DNA of 56,100 nt, taken from assembly GCA_002787405.1 (NCBI GenBank), contig PCWQ01000013.1, positions 1 through 56,100 on the forward strand. The letters run 5' to 3'. The stretch is from Candidatus Komeilibacteria bacterium CG11_big_fil_rev_8_21_14_0_20_36_20. GTDB lineage: Bacteria; Patescibacteriota; Patescibacteriia; UBA1558; GWA2-36-10. The notes beneath the pieces are model-generated. The model had not been told where the DNA came from. It searched no databases and worked only from the letters and a program-made list of their open reading frames with translations. This document shows, piece after piece, positions 25,432 to 35,014 of this stretch (the first letter of the stretch is position 1; every line of letters starts with the position of its first letter). The position numbers and the translations under genes were made by a program.

Positions 25432-26851
25432 ATGAAAAACTAATAATAGTTATTAACATTAATAGTCCTAAACCTAAAGGATGATTTAAAAAGGGAGTGA
25501 AAATATGAATGACCACTAAACTAGTTAAAGTAGCTAAAATCGGTAAAAGAATTTCCGGTCGACCAGCTAAAACTCTGTAACCGCGGTTATAAATCAAAAT
25601 AATCCAGCTCCACATTAAAACTATAAAAAATATTCCAGACTTTAACCATTGATCAAGCCAACCCCATTCAAAAGCATAGGTAGTATGTAATCCTTCGGGA
25701 TTTTGCTCATTTTTAATCCGCGGATCAACGGAATAATAAGTTAATTTTTTACCAAAACCATAACCAACAATCGGCTGCTCTTTAATGGCTTGCCATAAAG
25801 GCGCCAGTAGTTGTAAACGACTATTAGCTGCCGGTTCCGCAGTGTCAATCCCCCTTTGGCTTAAGCTAGCCAATCTCTTCCACTGAGGGACATTCAAAAA
25901 TAATTGTAACAATATAAAACTACTCAAAACTAAACTACCCAGCAACAAACCAGACAAAAAAAATATTTGTTTTTTCTGATAAATAATCAAATGGACTAAT
26001 AAAAAAATCAGACCGACAACCAAACCCAACCAGAAACTACGCGATAAGCTAATATATAAAGCTGTCGTGAGAATGGACAGATAAATAAAATTACCCCCGT
26101 TTTGATATTCCCGAAGCTGCTTAATAAAAATAATAAACCAAGCGGCAATTAAATAAACCTGTGACTGCATAAAAATTCTCCAGAAATTACCATAAAAAAA
26201 AGTTATTTCACCAGTCCGCGTGTCTCTAATCCATTTGTAAATTGAATTCATATCTAACCAACTATATTCCTGAGCAAAAATGTTAAACATCACTAAAGTC
26301 TTTAAGGCAATAACTAAAGCAGCCGCCTTCAAAATATCCACTACCTCCGTTAAATATTTAGCATCATAAAACTGATACCAGACTGGTAAATATAGCAAAT
26401 ACAAGTAAGCATTAGCGTCAAGAAAAATATCAATTGGCGCATATCTTTCATAATAAGCTAAAACAATCCCCCCAACAACCAACAATAAAATAAGCAACCA
26501 AATGAACCATAAACTTTTGTTTGTTTTAATTTTCAATTGTCTCCTACCTAAAAATAGCTGGATAACAAAAACAAAAATTACACTAATAAAAACAACTAAA
26601 CGCGTATTAAGAACCCCATAATAAAAACTGTGCCCTAAAGAGCCCCAAAACAATTCGGCTAACGGCAAGAAAAGAGTGTAGATTGGATTCTTTAAACTTA
26701 AGACAATAGTGCTTAACCCAACCAACGATAAAATAAGCAAATTTAATTGGCTAAAATTAAAAGCCAACCAAGATAATAGTTCTGCTATGATAAAAATAGC
26801 CAACCATATCCTCCAGCTATCATTCCTCTTGTTTTTGGAGAAATAGGACAT
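25403..26851 (-). CDS. O-antigen ligase/polymerase-like (Wzy_C-type) polytopic membrane protein
   Basis: 482 aa with at least 10 hydrophobic helices. A large loop follows a YISLSRSFWLGL-type segment. Locus context. Confidence 0.55.
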   Translation of the reverse strand: MSYFSKNKRNDSWRIWLAIFIIAELLSWLAFNFSQLNLLILSLVGLSTIVLSLKNPIYTLFLPLAELFWGSLGHSFYYGVLNTRLVVFISVIFVFVIQLFLGRRQLKIKTNKSLWFIWLLILLLVVGGIVLAYYERYAPIDIFLDANAYLYLLYLPVWYQFYDAKYLTEVVDILKAAALVIALKTLVMFNIFAQEYSWLDMNSIYKWIRDTRTGEITFFYGNFWRIFMQSQVYLIAAWFIIFIKQLREYQNGGNFIYLSILTTALYISLSRSFWLGLVVGLIFLLVHLIIYQKKQIFFLSGLLLGSLVLSSFILLQLFLNVPQWKRLASLSQRGIDTAEPAANSRLQLLAPLWQAIKEQPIVGYGFGKKLTYYSVDPRIKNEQNPEGLHTTYAFEWGWLDQWLKSGIFFIVLMWSWIILIYNRGYRVLAGRPEILLPILATLTSLVVIHIFTPFLNHPLGLGLLMLITIISFSYGQESKSYR

Positions 26852-27692
26852 AAATTAAAGTCAAAATAAGATTAATCGGCACTAAAAACACAACAATCAA
26901 CCATTGCCAAAACGGTTTATGTTTCCAGAAATACCACAATAAGCTTCTATCAAAAACGAGTTGATTTTTAAAAACTAATTGCTGGCCAAAGCTGGACCCG
27001 CCGGCATGAATAAGAACTGTTCCTGGAAAATATTTTATAGTAAAACCAGCTTTATTGGCCCGCTGGCAATAATCAACTTCTTCAAACCAAGCAAAAAATT
27101 TCTCGTCCAACATACCAATGCGCTCAATCACCTCTCGCCTGATAATCATCGCTGCTCCCATAATTTGTTCTACCTCCTGCTCTTGATCATAATCGAAATC
27201 TTTAGCTAAATAATGATCCAGAAACTTGTTGTCGCCTAAAACATTTCGCAGTTTCAACATCACTAATATTTGGGATAAAATATCCGGAAAGCGACGAATA
27301 GATGGCTGAAGAGAGCCGTCATTATTTAAAATTTTAGGCCCCACAATACCAACTATGGGATTATTATTTAGATAATTTAAAATATTAGAAAAAAATCCTG
27401 GTAATATTTCTGTGTCCGGATTCAATAAAAAAATACAATCTGCCCGCGCCTGCTTAATAGCTAAATTATTTGCCTTAGCAAAACCATAATTTTTATGAAG
27501 GCAAATCATCTTTACTTTTGGATATTTAACCATAATCATTTCCGGCGTTCCGTCAATTGAATCATTGTCAACGACAAAAATCTCTAAATTAAAACCATAG
27601 CTATTCTCGAGAATTGAATCAAGGCATTTAGCTAATAATTTTCTCACTTTCCAATTGACGATAATAACACTAATATCCGGTTTACTCATCAT
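26820..27692 (-). CDS. Family-2 glycosyltransferase
   Basis: 290 aa. ISVIIVNW, VDNDSIDGT, YGFAKANN and EEVDYC. Confidence 0.8.
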   Translation of the reverse strand: MMSKPDISVIIVNWKVRKLLAKCLDSILENSYGFNLEIFVVDNDSIDGTPEMIMVKYPKVKMICLHKNYGFAKANNLAIKQARADCIFLLNPDTEILPGFFSNILNYLNNNPIVGIVGPKILNNDGSLQPSIRRFPDILSQILVMLKLRNVLGDNKFLDHYLAKDFDYDQEQEVEQIMGAAMIIRREVIERIGMLDEKFFAWFEEVDYCQRANKAGFTIKYFPGTVLIHAGGSSFGQQLVFKNQLVFDRSLLWYFWKHKPFWQWLIVVFLVPINLILTLIYVLFLQKQEE

Positions 27693-28861
27693 TAATTTAA
27701 TTTATTATTTATTAATTCCAACATTTTATTAACTGTATTAAACCAAGAATACTGTTTGACAAAATCACGACGCCTCTTCTCCTGCTCTTTATTGTTTTCT
27801 TTCAAGGCCTGATCTATCGCTTTGTTAAAGTCTTGATAACCATCAGCTGTCAAAATCATCTCATCTACATTATCAGTGCCAATATTGCTGCTAGCTACCA
27901 CCGGCTTACCACAAGCTAAATATTCATACATCTTCATTGGATTAGTACTGGCACTAAAGCCAGCTTTTTTGTGAGGTATAATACCAACATCAAATTGCTG
28001 AATATACATTGGAGCTTCATTATACTTCTTATAACCTAAAAAATGGACGTTTTTATATTTTTCTAAATTCAACTTAACTTCATCTTGCTCATTCCAAACA
28101 GGTCCAACCAAAACCAATGATTTTTCCGGATTATGTTCAGCTAAAAATTTAATCAAATCAAAATCAACTTTATCTTGAATGACGCCAATATAACCGATAA
28201 TCGGCCGCGAAATGTCAGCAATATCTCGGTTGATTAAAGAGAACTCTTTATTATAATGTTTGAGATCAACACCATTGGGTATCCAATAAACGTTGGATTG
28301 ATCATCAAAAAAATGTAATAAATTTTTAGAAACACTAAAAATTAAATCGGCTTCTCTTTTTATTATATTATAAGATTCCTCCAGCTTCTCTTTCTGATTG
28401 AGATATGAAGAATGTAGTGTCCAATTATCAACAGCATCAAAAACTGTCAATTTTTGACCTAAGTTCTGCCAATAAGGAGCAATAAAAGGAAAAAACGACC
28501 AAACAATCAAATCGCCGAAATTAAGAGTTAAGGCCGTCTTTTGAATTCTTTTTAAAACTGCTTGCGGCTGAAGAAAAAAACTAATGTCAGAATAAACATA
28601 AAGCTTGTCGGATATTTGACTAATTTTATAAGTAGGACCGCGCTTGATAATCTGACTATCTTTAATGTTTAAGACTATGCACTCTTTATAATTACGAATG
28701 GCTCTTTTAAAATTCAAATTTAAATAATCTACAGCTAAAACTTTTCCAACCTCCGGTCTATTCAATAACTCTCGCAAAATATGATAATTGCGATTAGATA
28801 CTCCTTCGTCCCATTCAGAAAAATTGGACATATTAAACATAATAACGTCAAAAGTTTTCAT
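27692..28861 (-). CDS. GT-B fold glycosyltransferase (GT4-like)
   Basis: 389 aa. C-terminal NPMKMYEYLACGKPVVAS (E-x7-E-like region). Confidence 0.7.
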   Translation of the reverse strand: MKTFDVIMFNMSNFSEWDEGVSNRNYHILRELLNRPEVGKVLAVDYLNLNFKRAIRNYKECIVLNIKDSQIIKRGPTYKISQISDKLYVYSDISFFLQPQAVLKRIQKTALTLNFGDLIVWSFFPFIAPYWQNLGQKLTVFDAVDNWTLHSSYLNQKEKLEESYNIIKREADLIFSVSKNLLHFFDDQSNVYWIPNGVDLKHYNKEFSLINRDIADISRPIIGYIGVIQDKVDFDLIKFLAEHNPEKSLVLVGPVWNEQDEVKLNLEKYKNVHFLGYKKYNEAPMYIQQFDVGIIPHKKAGFSASTNPMKMYEYLACGKPVVASSNIGTDNVDEMILTADGYQDFNKAIDQALKENNKEQEKRRRDFVKQYSWFNTVNKMLELINNKLN

Positions 28862-28868
28862 CCCGTTT

Positions 28869-29969
28869 TTACCCTAAAATTCTCTTTAAAATTAAACTTT
28901 GCTCTGAAGCTGAGGGAAAATCACCAGCTCTGACCAGAGCTTGTTCTGCTAGTTTATCAGCTTTTTGAGGATTATTCAACAAAGATTGAATGTTTTGAAT
29001 CAACTGTTCAAGGTCGTCACTAGCTACCAGTAAGGCGTCTTGTTGATCAGTTAAAATTTCCTCCACTCCTCCGCCTTGGCCCGCAATAATCGGCAAACCA
29101 CAACGAGCCGCTTCTAAAAACACTATGCCAAAACCTTCCACGTCGGTCTTGTTAGTCCGATTAGGCAGCACAAAAATATCAGCCAGTTGATAATAATAAA
29201 CTAAATCCTGATCATCAATATCCTCCAAAATAAAGACTTGTGATGTTAGCTTATATTTTTTTATTAATTTAAGTAACTCTTCTTTTAAGGATCCTTGCCC
29301 GACAATAAAATATTTTAAACTAAAATTACTTTTCAATTTATTAATTGCTTCAATTACTAAATCCTGTCCTTTCCTTCTATTTAAACGACCCACCGTCAAT
29401 AATATTTTATCTTCTGTTTGAATTTTGAATTTCTTTTTTAAATCTTCCAATTTATTTCGATCATATTCTGTCTTCAAATCAATGCTGGGATAAAGTAAAC
29501 AAATTTTATCCGCCGACAACCTCAATGGTGCAATAACTTTAGCTGTATACTGACTGTTGACTATAATTTTTTCGGCATTTTTTAATATTTTATTAGTTAA
29601 CTCTGGTTTATTTTTTAAAGCTAAATTTATATCCAAACCGTGTAGAGATATAATATAGGGAATTTTGAATAACAGATTTATTAGATAAGCCATAGTGCCT
29701 AGGGGTAAAATATTTGGTGTAAAAATTTTTTTAATTTGATGCTGCTGAATAATTTTATTTAATTTAAAAAAAGAGAACAGCCAAACGGGTCTGATAAACT
29801 TATTTGTTAATTTTAACTTAATAATATTATTCTGAGCAAAAACTGCTGCATGATCAGTGACTACCCAATATTCTTGCTGGTCTAAAAATTTAAATAAATT
29901 ATAACAATAGCGGGCTACTCCGCCTTTATAAGGATAATATTCATGAGTTAAAAGTAAAGTTTTCTTCAT
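28869..29969 (-). CDS. Family-4 (group 1) glycosyltransferase
   Basis: 366 aa. EGFGIVFLEAARCGLPIIAG. Confidence 0.8.
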   Translation of the reverse strand: MKKTLLLTHEYYPYKGGVARYCYNLFKFLDQQEYWVVTDHAAVFAQNNIIKLKLTNKFIRPVWLFSFFKLNKIIQQHQIKKIFTPNILPLGTMAYLINLLFKIPYIISLHGLDINLALKNKPELTNKILKNAEKIIVNSQYTAKVIAPLRLSADKICLLYPSIDLKTEYDRNKLEDLKKKFKIQTEDKILLTVGRLNRRKGQDLVIEAINKLKSNFSLKYFIVGQGSLKEELLKLIKKYKLTSQVFILEDIDDQDLVYYYQLADIFVLPNRTNKTDVEGFGIVFLEAARCGLPIIAGQGGGVEEILTDQQDALLVASDDLEQLIQNIQSLLNNPQKADKLAEQALVRAGDFPSASEQSLILKRILG

Positions 29970-29971
29970 GA

Positions 29972-31417
29972 TTATCTGGATTTTGACCGGCTAAAAGAGT
30001 TTTTGATAAAAATTAAATCCGCCTTCTTTAAAGCGCCAGTTATAAACATCAAAATAAAATAAAGCAGACCGCCTACAATAATCGTCAGTGGCCAATAGAT
30101 AACAGTTTTTAAAAAATAAACTGCGGGTAACATAACTAAAGCTGAGAATAATGCATAAAATAAGGTCCGAAACATACCCCAACGAAGTTCAATCACTTTT
30201 GAAACAGCCTGTAAATTTAAACTAAATAAACAAATTGTACTAATGCTGGAAGCTAAACTGGCCCCCCAAATACCCAACCTTGGAATTAAAATAAGATTTA
30301 ACACAATATTCAAAACCATGACTAAACCCAAATTTCTAGTGTTAATCTTCTGCCGATCGGTAGCATTCAGAAAATAGGATAAAGCAAAATTAATAAACAA
30401 AAACGGAATACTAATAATTAAAATCTGCAAAGGCAGAATAGAATAACTAAAACTTTCTGTATAAATTTTGTTAATAATCTCTTCAGCTAAAGCTACAATG
30501 CCTAAACTAATTGGCAGAGAAATAAAAGCTAAATAATTAAATGATTTCACTAGAACCTTTCTCAAGCTCTGATAATCATTTTTAAAATAATCTGAAAAAG
30601 CCGGGTATAAAGAAGCGACAAAAGCTAAAGGAATAAACTGGAGGGCAAAAGTTATTTTATAAGCCACGCTGTAAAAACCAACTTCCGCATCTCCCAAAAA
30701 TAATTTTAGAAAAAAAGTGTCAATATAGGCATACACTTTAGCAAAAATAGCCGCTAAAGCAAAAGGTAAAGTAATTAACAAAATTTTCTTGACTAATTTT
30801 TTAGAATAGACCAAACGAAATTTTACTCTAAATCTTTTATTTAAAACCAGCCCCGAATAAATCAAATTAAACAAACTGGCGGTAAATAAAACAATCAAAA
30901 ATAAAAAGACATTCTTTGTAAATTGCATTAAGCTGAAACCAAGAGATAAAACAATGATCTGAAAAATCATTGTCCCCCACGATTCATACCTAAGATTCTG
31001 CCGACCACGAATAAAAGCATAGAACAACAAAATGAAACTATCAACTGCTACAATCGCTGTAGTTAAATATATTAATGTTCTTACCTGATCGTTATAAAAG
31101 AAAATACGATCTAAAACAATAATCAACAGCGCTGTGACAACACTAAATAAAAGTTTTAAAGTAAAAATCTGATGAAACCATTTTTCGTTGTCTGGTGAAT
31201 TTTTAGCCACTTCTTTAATCAGAACCGTTGATAAACCGATGTCAATCAAAACCGAAAACATAGTAGCAAAAGAAACAGCAAAAAAATACTGCCCAGTCGC
31301 TTCTGCTCCTAAATAACGGGCTAAAAAAGTAAAATAAATAAAAGAAAGTAGCTTTTGAAAAACTAAAGCCACCATAAAAAAAGAGGTATTAGCCGTTATT
31401 TTTTGAGTAGTTACCAT
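29972..31417 (-). CDS. wzx: Wzx-type polysaccharide flippase (MOP superfamily)
   Basis: 481 aa with 12-14 predicted helices. First gene of the glycosyltransferase operon. Confidence 0.7.
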   Translation of the reverse strand: MVTTQKITANTSFFMVALVFQKLLSFIYFTFLARYLGAEATGQYFFAVSFATMFSVLIDIGLSTVLIKEVAKNSPDNEKWFHQIFTLKLLFSVVTALLIIVLDRIFFYNDQVRTLIYLTTAIVAVDSFILLFYAFIRGRQNLRYESWGTMIFQIIVLSLGFSLMQFTKNVFLFLIVLFTASLFNLIYSGLVLNKRFRVKFRLVYSKKLVKKILLITLPFALAAIFAKVYAYIDTFFLKLFLGDAEVGFYSVAYKITFALQFIPLAFVASLYPAFSDYFKNDYQSLRKVLVKSFNYLAFISLPISLGIVALAEEIINKIYTESFSYSILPLQILIISIPFLFINFALSYFLNATDRQKINTRNLGLVMVLNIVLNLILIPRLGIWGASLASSISTICLFSLNLQAVSKVIELRWGMFRTLFYALFSALVMLPAVYFLKTVIYWPLTIIVGGLLYFILMFITGALKKADLIFIKNSFSRSKSR

Positions 31418-31423
31418 AGCTTT

Positions 31424-31432
31424 ATTATAACA
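31424..31432 (-). promoter_or_regulatory. Extended -10 TGtTATAAT, 6 nt before the wzx ATG
   Basis: Minus strand reads TGTTATAATaaagctATG. The -35 region is poor. Confidence 0.4.
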
Positions 31433-31467
31433 AAATATGCCTAAAAAGAAAATAGATAAATAATCAT

Positions 31468-31489
31468 AAAAACCCCTTAAAATAAAGGG
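31468..31489 (-). terminator. Short hairpin plus U-run downstream of rpsI
   Basis: Minus strand reads CCCTTtattttAAGGGgTTTTT. The stem is only 5 bp. Confidence 0.35.
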
Positions 31490-31600
31490 ATTTTATATGT
31501 TTTATTAATAACTTTATCAGCTTACTATTTGCTTCACGCCCCGGCTTAACTTGATATTCACCGTTCCCGTATTTCAGCTTAGTTCAATATGTCGTCAGCT

Positions 31601-32017
31601 TTATCGCTTACTCCACTGCGGAGCGCGTCGGGCTTTTTTAAGGCCTGGTTTCTTTCTTTCTTTAATTCTTGAATCTCTAGTCAAAAATCCTTCTTTTTTT
31701 AAAGCCGGACGCAATTCCGGATCCTTTTTAATTAAAGCTTTGGCGATACCGTGTTTAATACTATCAACCTGTCCCCTCACTCCTCCGCCATGGGTTTTGA
31801 TAGAAATAAAAATTTTATCCTGTCCAGTTATTTTTAAGGGTTGCAAAATTATTTCCTGCCATTGAAAATAAGGTAAATATTCTTTATAGTCCTTATTATT
31901 AATAATTATCTTTATGGTATTAGATTTTTCATCTAAAATTCTTACTCTGGCAATAGCGCTTTTTCTCTTGCCTACAGCTGGAACATAATTATTTTTCTTG
32001 TCTACTTGTTCGGTCAT
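31601..32017 (-). CDS. rpsI: 30S ribosomal protein S9
   Basis: 138 aa. GGGVRGQVDSIKHGIAKAL and C-terminal RRAPQWSKR. Confidence 0.95.
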   Translation of the reverse strand: MTEQVDKKNNYVPAVGKRKSAIARVRILDEKSNTIKIIINNKDYKEYLPYFQWQEIILQPLKITGQDKIFISIKTHGGGVRGQVDSIKHGIAKALIKKDPELRPALKKEGFLTRDSRIKERKKPGLKKARRAPQWSKR

Positions 32018-32019
32018 AA

Positions 32020-32367
32020 CTAACTTATAATTAATCTTTTTAACATTTTGCTTCTCAATTTATTCTTAGGTAACATATTATAAATAATTTTACGCAAAAC
32101 TTCAGCTGGATTATCCTTTATTAGATCACTCAGCTTCTTGGTGCGAATGCCGCCAGGATATCTGGTGTGTCGATAGTAAATCTTACTATTAATTTTATTT
32201 CCGGAAAATCTTATCTTTTGCACATTACTTACTTCCACTCTATCACCACAATCAACACTGGGATTATAAGATGGCTTATTTTTTCCTTGCAGCAAAACAG
32301 CAATCTCCGAAGCTAACCTTCCGGCAATTCTTCCTGTAGCATCAATTTTATGGGTTATTCTTTCCAT
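32020..32367 (-). CDS. rplM: 50S ribosomal protein L13 (short form)
   Basis: 115 aa. IDATGRIAGRLASEIAVLLQGK and YYRHTRYPGGI. Shorter than E. coli L13 at both ends. Confidence 0.9.
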   Translation of the reverse strand: MERITHKIDATGRIAGRLASEIAVLLQGKNKPSYNPSVDCGDRVEVSNVQKIRFSGNKINSKIYYRHTRYPGGIRTKKLSDLIKDNPAEVLRKIIYNMLPKNKLRSKMLKRLIIS

Positions 32368-32377
32368 TATTTTTTAT

Positions 32378-32728
32378 TTAAACTAATTCAATCTGGGCCA
32401 TCTTGGCTCCATCATTCATCCGCCGACTAATTTTAATGATTCGGCAATATCCGCCAGCTCTAGTTTTATATTTAGGGCCTAAAACATCTAAAATCTTTTG
32501 AGTGGCTTTTTTATCGTGTACAACCTTATTCAACTGTTGTTTATTATGGACTGATTTTTCTTTACCTCTAGTAATCAATCTTTCCACTAAAGGCCTAACC
32601 GCTTTAGCTTTGGCTTCAGTAGTAACCACTTTTTCGTACAAAATAAGAGAAGTAGCCAGATTTTCTAACATGGCTTGGCGAGGGGCTTTAGCCCGATCTA
32701 ATATTTTATTAACTTTGCGATGTCTCAT
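32378..32728 (-). CDS. rplQ: 50S ribosomal protein L17
   Basis: 116 aa. MRHRK ... LITRGK and GGYCRIIK. Confidence 0.95.
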   Translation of the reverse strand: MRHRKVNKILDRAKAPRQAMLENLATSLILYEKVVTTEAKAKAVRPLVERLITRGKEKSVHNKQQLNKVVHDKKATQKILDVLGPKYKTRAGGYCRIIKISRRMNDGAKMAQIELV

Positions 32729-32733
32729 GAATA

Positions 32734-33525
32734 TTATTTAGCTACTTTTTTCTCTTTTTTTTGTTTTTTCTCCTCCTTACCTTCTATAGCTTTCGTTTCT
32801 TTTTTAGCTTTCTTCTCTTTAACTGTAACTTTTTCAGGGGTTTCATTAATAAATAAGCTAAAATGCTCTTTTAACCTCATAGCACCCTGACTAATCGCCT
32901 CTTGAGCGTCAAGACTGCCATCCGTCAGAATATCCAAGGTCAATTTTTCATAGTTGGTCATTTCACCAACACGGACATTCTCAATACTATATCCAATATT
33001 CAAAACTGGAGAGAAACTTGAATCAATGGCAATATTGCTGATTTCCAACTTTTCACCTTTATTCTTCTGCTCTACAGTCACATAACCCAATCCTTTCTCC
33101 GCTGTAATCTCCATTGTTAGTTTAGCTTGTTTATCAGTCAAAGTGGCAATTACCAAATCTTTATTAATGATTTCCACATCAGAGTTTTTAGCAATATCAG
33201 CGGCGGTTACCACTTTTTCTCCTTTAGCTTCTAATTTTAATTTAACTGGTTCATCAGAAAAAACTTTCAGCCGCAATTGCTTCAAATTTAACATAATTTC
33301 TATTAAATCCTCCTTAATATTTTCTATTGAATCAAACTCATGCTTAGCGCCTTCCACTCTAAAAGAAGTAACCGCTCCCCCTTCTAATGATGAGAGCAAC
33401 ACCCTTCTTAAAGCATTTCCTAAAGTAACTCCAAATCCCGGATAGCAAGGTTCAATAACTACTTGATATTGGTTGTTTTTTAAATCTTTAATCGAAATTT
33501 TGTCTGGTAATGTAATTTGTTTCAT
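32734..33525 (-). CDS. rpoA: DNA-directed RNA polymerase alpha subunit, N-terminal domain only plus a Lys/Glu-rich tail
   Basis: 263 aa. GFGVTLGNALRRVLLSSLEGGAV and the rest of the alpha-NTD up to about aa 225, then TPEKVTVKEKKAKKETKAIEGKEEKKQKKEKKVAK. rplQ starts 5 nt after the stop. Confidence 0.9.
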   Translation of the reverse strand: MKQITLPDKISIKDLKNNQYQVVIEPCYPGFGVTLGNALRRVLLSSLEGGAVTSFRVEGAKHEFDSIENIKEDLIEIMLNLKQLRLKVFSDEPVKLKLEAKGEKVVTAADIAKNSDVEIINKDLVIATLTDKQAKLTMEITAEKGLGYVTVEQKNKGEKLEISNIAIDSSFSPVLNIGYSIENVRVGEMTNYEKLTLDILTDGSLDAQEAISQGAMRLKEHFSLFINETPEKVTVKEKKAKKETKAIEGKEEKKQKKEKKVAK

Positions 33526-33555
33526 GACTTTTAAATAAATTGTTTATTTTTTATT

Positions 33556-34170
33556 TTAACGAGAATAAAATTCAACAATCAAATGAGCTTCTATATTTTT
33601 TGGTAATTCATCTTCGTTGGGTAAACTATTGATAATAATAGACAGATTTCTACTATCAAAAGATAACCAACCAGCCGGCTCAATCTTATCCGCATTTTCC
33701 TTTATTTTTTTCCAATAATCTTTTTTAACTTTATTATCTTTAACTTTAATCACCTGCCCCGATTTAGTAAGATAGGAAGGTATATCAGTTTTTACACCAT
33801 CAACTGTAAAATGTCCATGACTGACTAGCTGGCGAGCCAAACGTCTAGTGGGAGCCAAACCGGATCTGAAGACAACATTATCCAAACGACTTTCCAATAA
33901 AACTAAAAAATTGCGTCCTAAATCACCTGACATTTTTTTTGCCTTATCAAAAGTCAAACGAAACTGTTTTTCTAAAAGTCCGTAGATAATCTTAGCTTTC
34001 TGCTTTTCCATTAATTGACGTCCATATTCGGAAGCCTTAGCAAAAGTCTTTTTTGGTCCGTGCATGCCTGGCGGATAATTTTTCTTGGCCAGTGGTGATT
34101 TAACTGTGTCCGCTACATTTTCACCGAATCTACGACTAGCTTTATGTTTTGGCTGTAAATTTCTACCCAT
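33556..34170 (-). CDS. rpsD: 30S ribosomal protein S4
   Basis: 204 aa. S4 N-terminal region and S4 RNA-binding domain (RLDNVVFRSGLAPTRRLARQLVSHGH). Confidence 0.95.
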   Translation of the reverse strand: MGRNLQPKHKASRRFGENVADTVKSPLAKKNYPPGMHGPKKTFAKASEYGRQLMEKQKAKIIYGLLEKQFRLTFDKAKKMSGDLGRNFLVLLESRLDNVVFRSGLAPTRRLARQLVSHGHFTVDGVKTDIPSYLTKSGQVIKVKDNKVKKDYWKKIKENADKIEPAGWLSFDSRNLSIIINSLPNEDELPKNIEAHLIVEFYSR

Positions 34171-34199
34171 TATATTAATATAAAGTTAAAAGTATAAAA

Positions 34200-34583
34200 T
34201 TAAACTCTTCTTATTTTCTTTGACCGACAACCGTTGTGTGGAATTGGTGTAACATCTTTAATAGAGCTGACTGCTAAACCATTGCTATGAAGGGCTCGAA
34301 TAGCTGCTTCACGTCCAGCACCAACTCCTCTCACAAAAACTTCTACTTCGGATATACTATAATCCTTCACTTTTTCAACAGCGTTCCTAACAATAATGCC
34401 AGCGGCATATGGTGTTGCTTTCTTTGCTCCTTTAAATCCGCTCAAACCGGCAGAAGACCAAGACAAAGCATTGCCCTGCTGATCAGTTATAGTAATAATA
34501 GTATTATTATAAGTAGACTGAATATGGGCTTGGCCCTTTTTTATTATTTTCTTAACTTTTTTTCTGGATCTTACTTTTTTCAT
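34200..34583 (-). CDS. rpsK: 30S ribosomal protein S11
   Basis: 127 aa. [22 protein letters not shown] and [11 protein letters not shown]. Confidence 0.95.
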   Translation of the reverse strand: MKKVRSRKKVKKIIKKGQAHIQSTYNNTIITITDQQGNALSWSSAGLSGFKGAKKATPYAAGIIVRNAVEKVKDYSISEVEVFVRGVGAGREAAIRALHSNGLAVSSIKDVTPIPHNGCRSKKIRRV

Positions 34584-34604
34584 ATCTCAAATCTTTAAAA
34601 TACT

Positions 34605-34994
34605 TTAAGTCTTTTGTGCTGATGGAGCCCGACCACTACCCATGGTGACCCGTCTATTACCGCGAACCGTTCGCGAATTAGTTTTAGTCCTCTGACCTTT
34701 AACCGGTAGGCCTTTGGCATGTCTTGTACCCCGATAAGCTTTAATTTCTTTTAAACGTTTAATATTGGACAGACATTCTCTTCTTAATTCTCCTTCTATT
34801 TTAAAATCACCTTCTATTTTTTGTCTTAATTTATTAATCTCCTCTTCTGCCAAATCTTTAACTCTGGCATTTAAATTAATACTTAATCCTTTTAAGATCT
34901 TGCGAGAGGTATTTAAACCAACACCATAAATATAAGTTAAGGCAATCTCTACTCTTTTATCTTTAGGAATGTTGACTCCTGAAATTCTAGCCAT
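34605..34994 (-). CDS. rpsM: 30S ribosomal protein S13
   Basis: 129 aa. [16 protein letters not shown] and [10 protein letters not shown]. Confidence 0.95.
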   Translation of the reverse strand: MARISGVNIPKDKRVEIALTYIYGVGLNTSRKILKGLSINLNARVKDLAEEEINKLRQKIEGDFKIEGELRRECLSNIKRLKEIKAYRGTRHAKGLPVKGQRTKTNSRTVRGNRRVTMGSGRAPSAQKT

Positions 34995-35014
34995 ATTTTT
35001 AGTTTAAAGTGTAA

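Noticed and set aside
31551-34598. Plus-strand ORFs of about 80-104 aa inside the ribosomal-protein/rpoA block (31551-31865, 32502-32741, 33143-33445, 34287-34598)
   Set aside because: Each lies entirely antisense to a strongly recognisable gene (rpsI, rplQ, rpoA, rpsK). Each has a low-complexity or Ser/Phe/Leu-rich composition and no start context. These are typical shadow ORFs.
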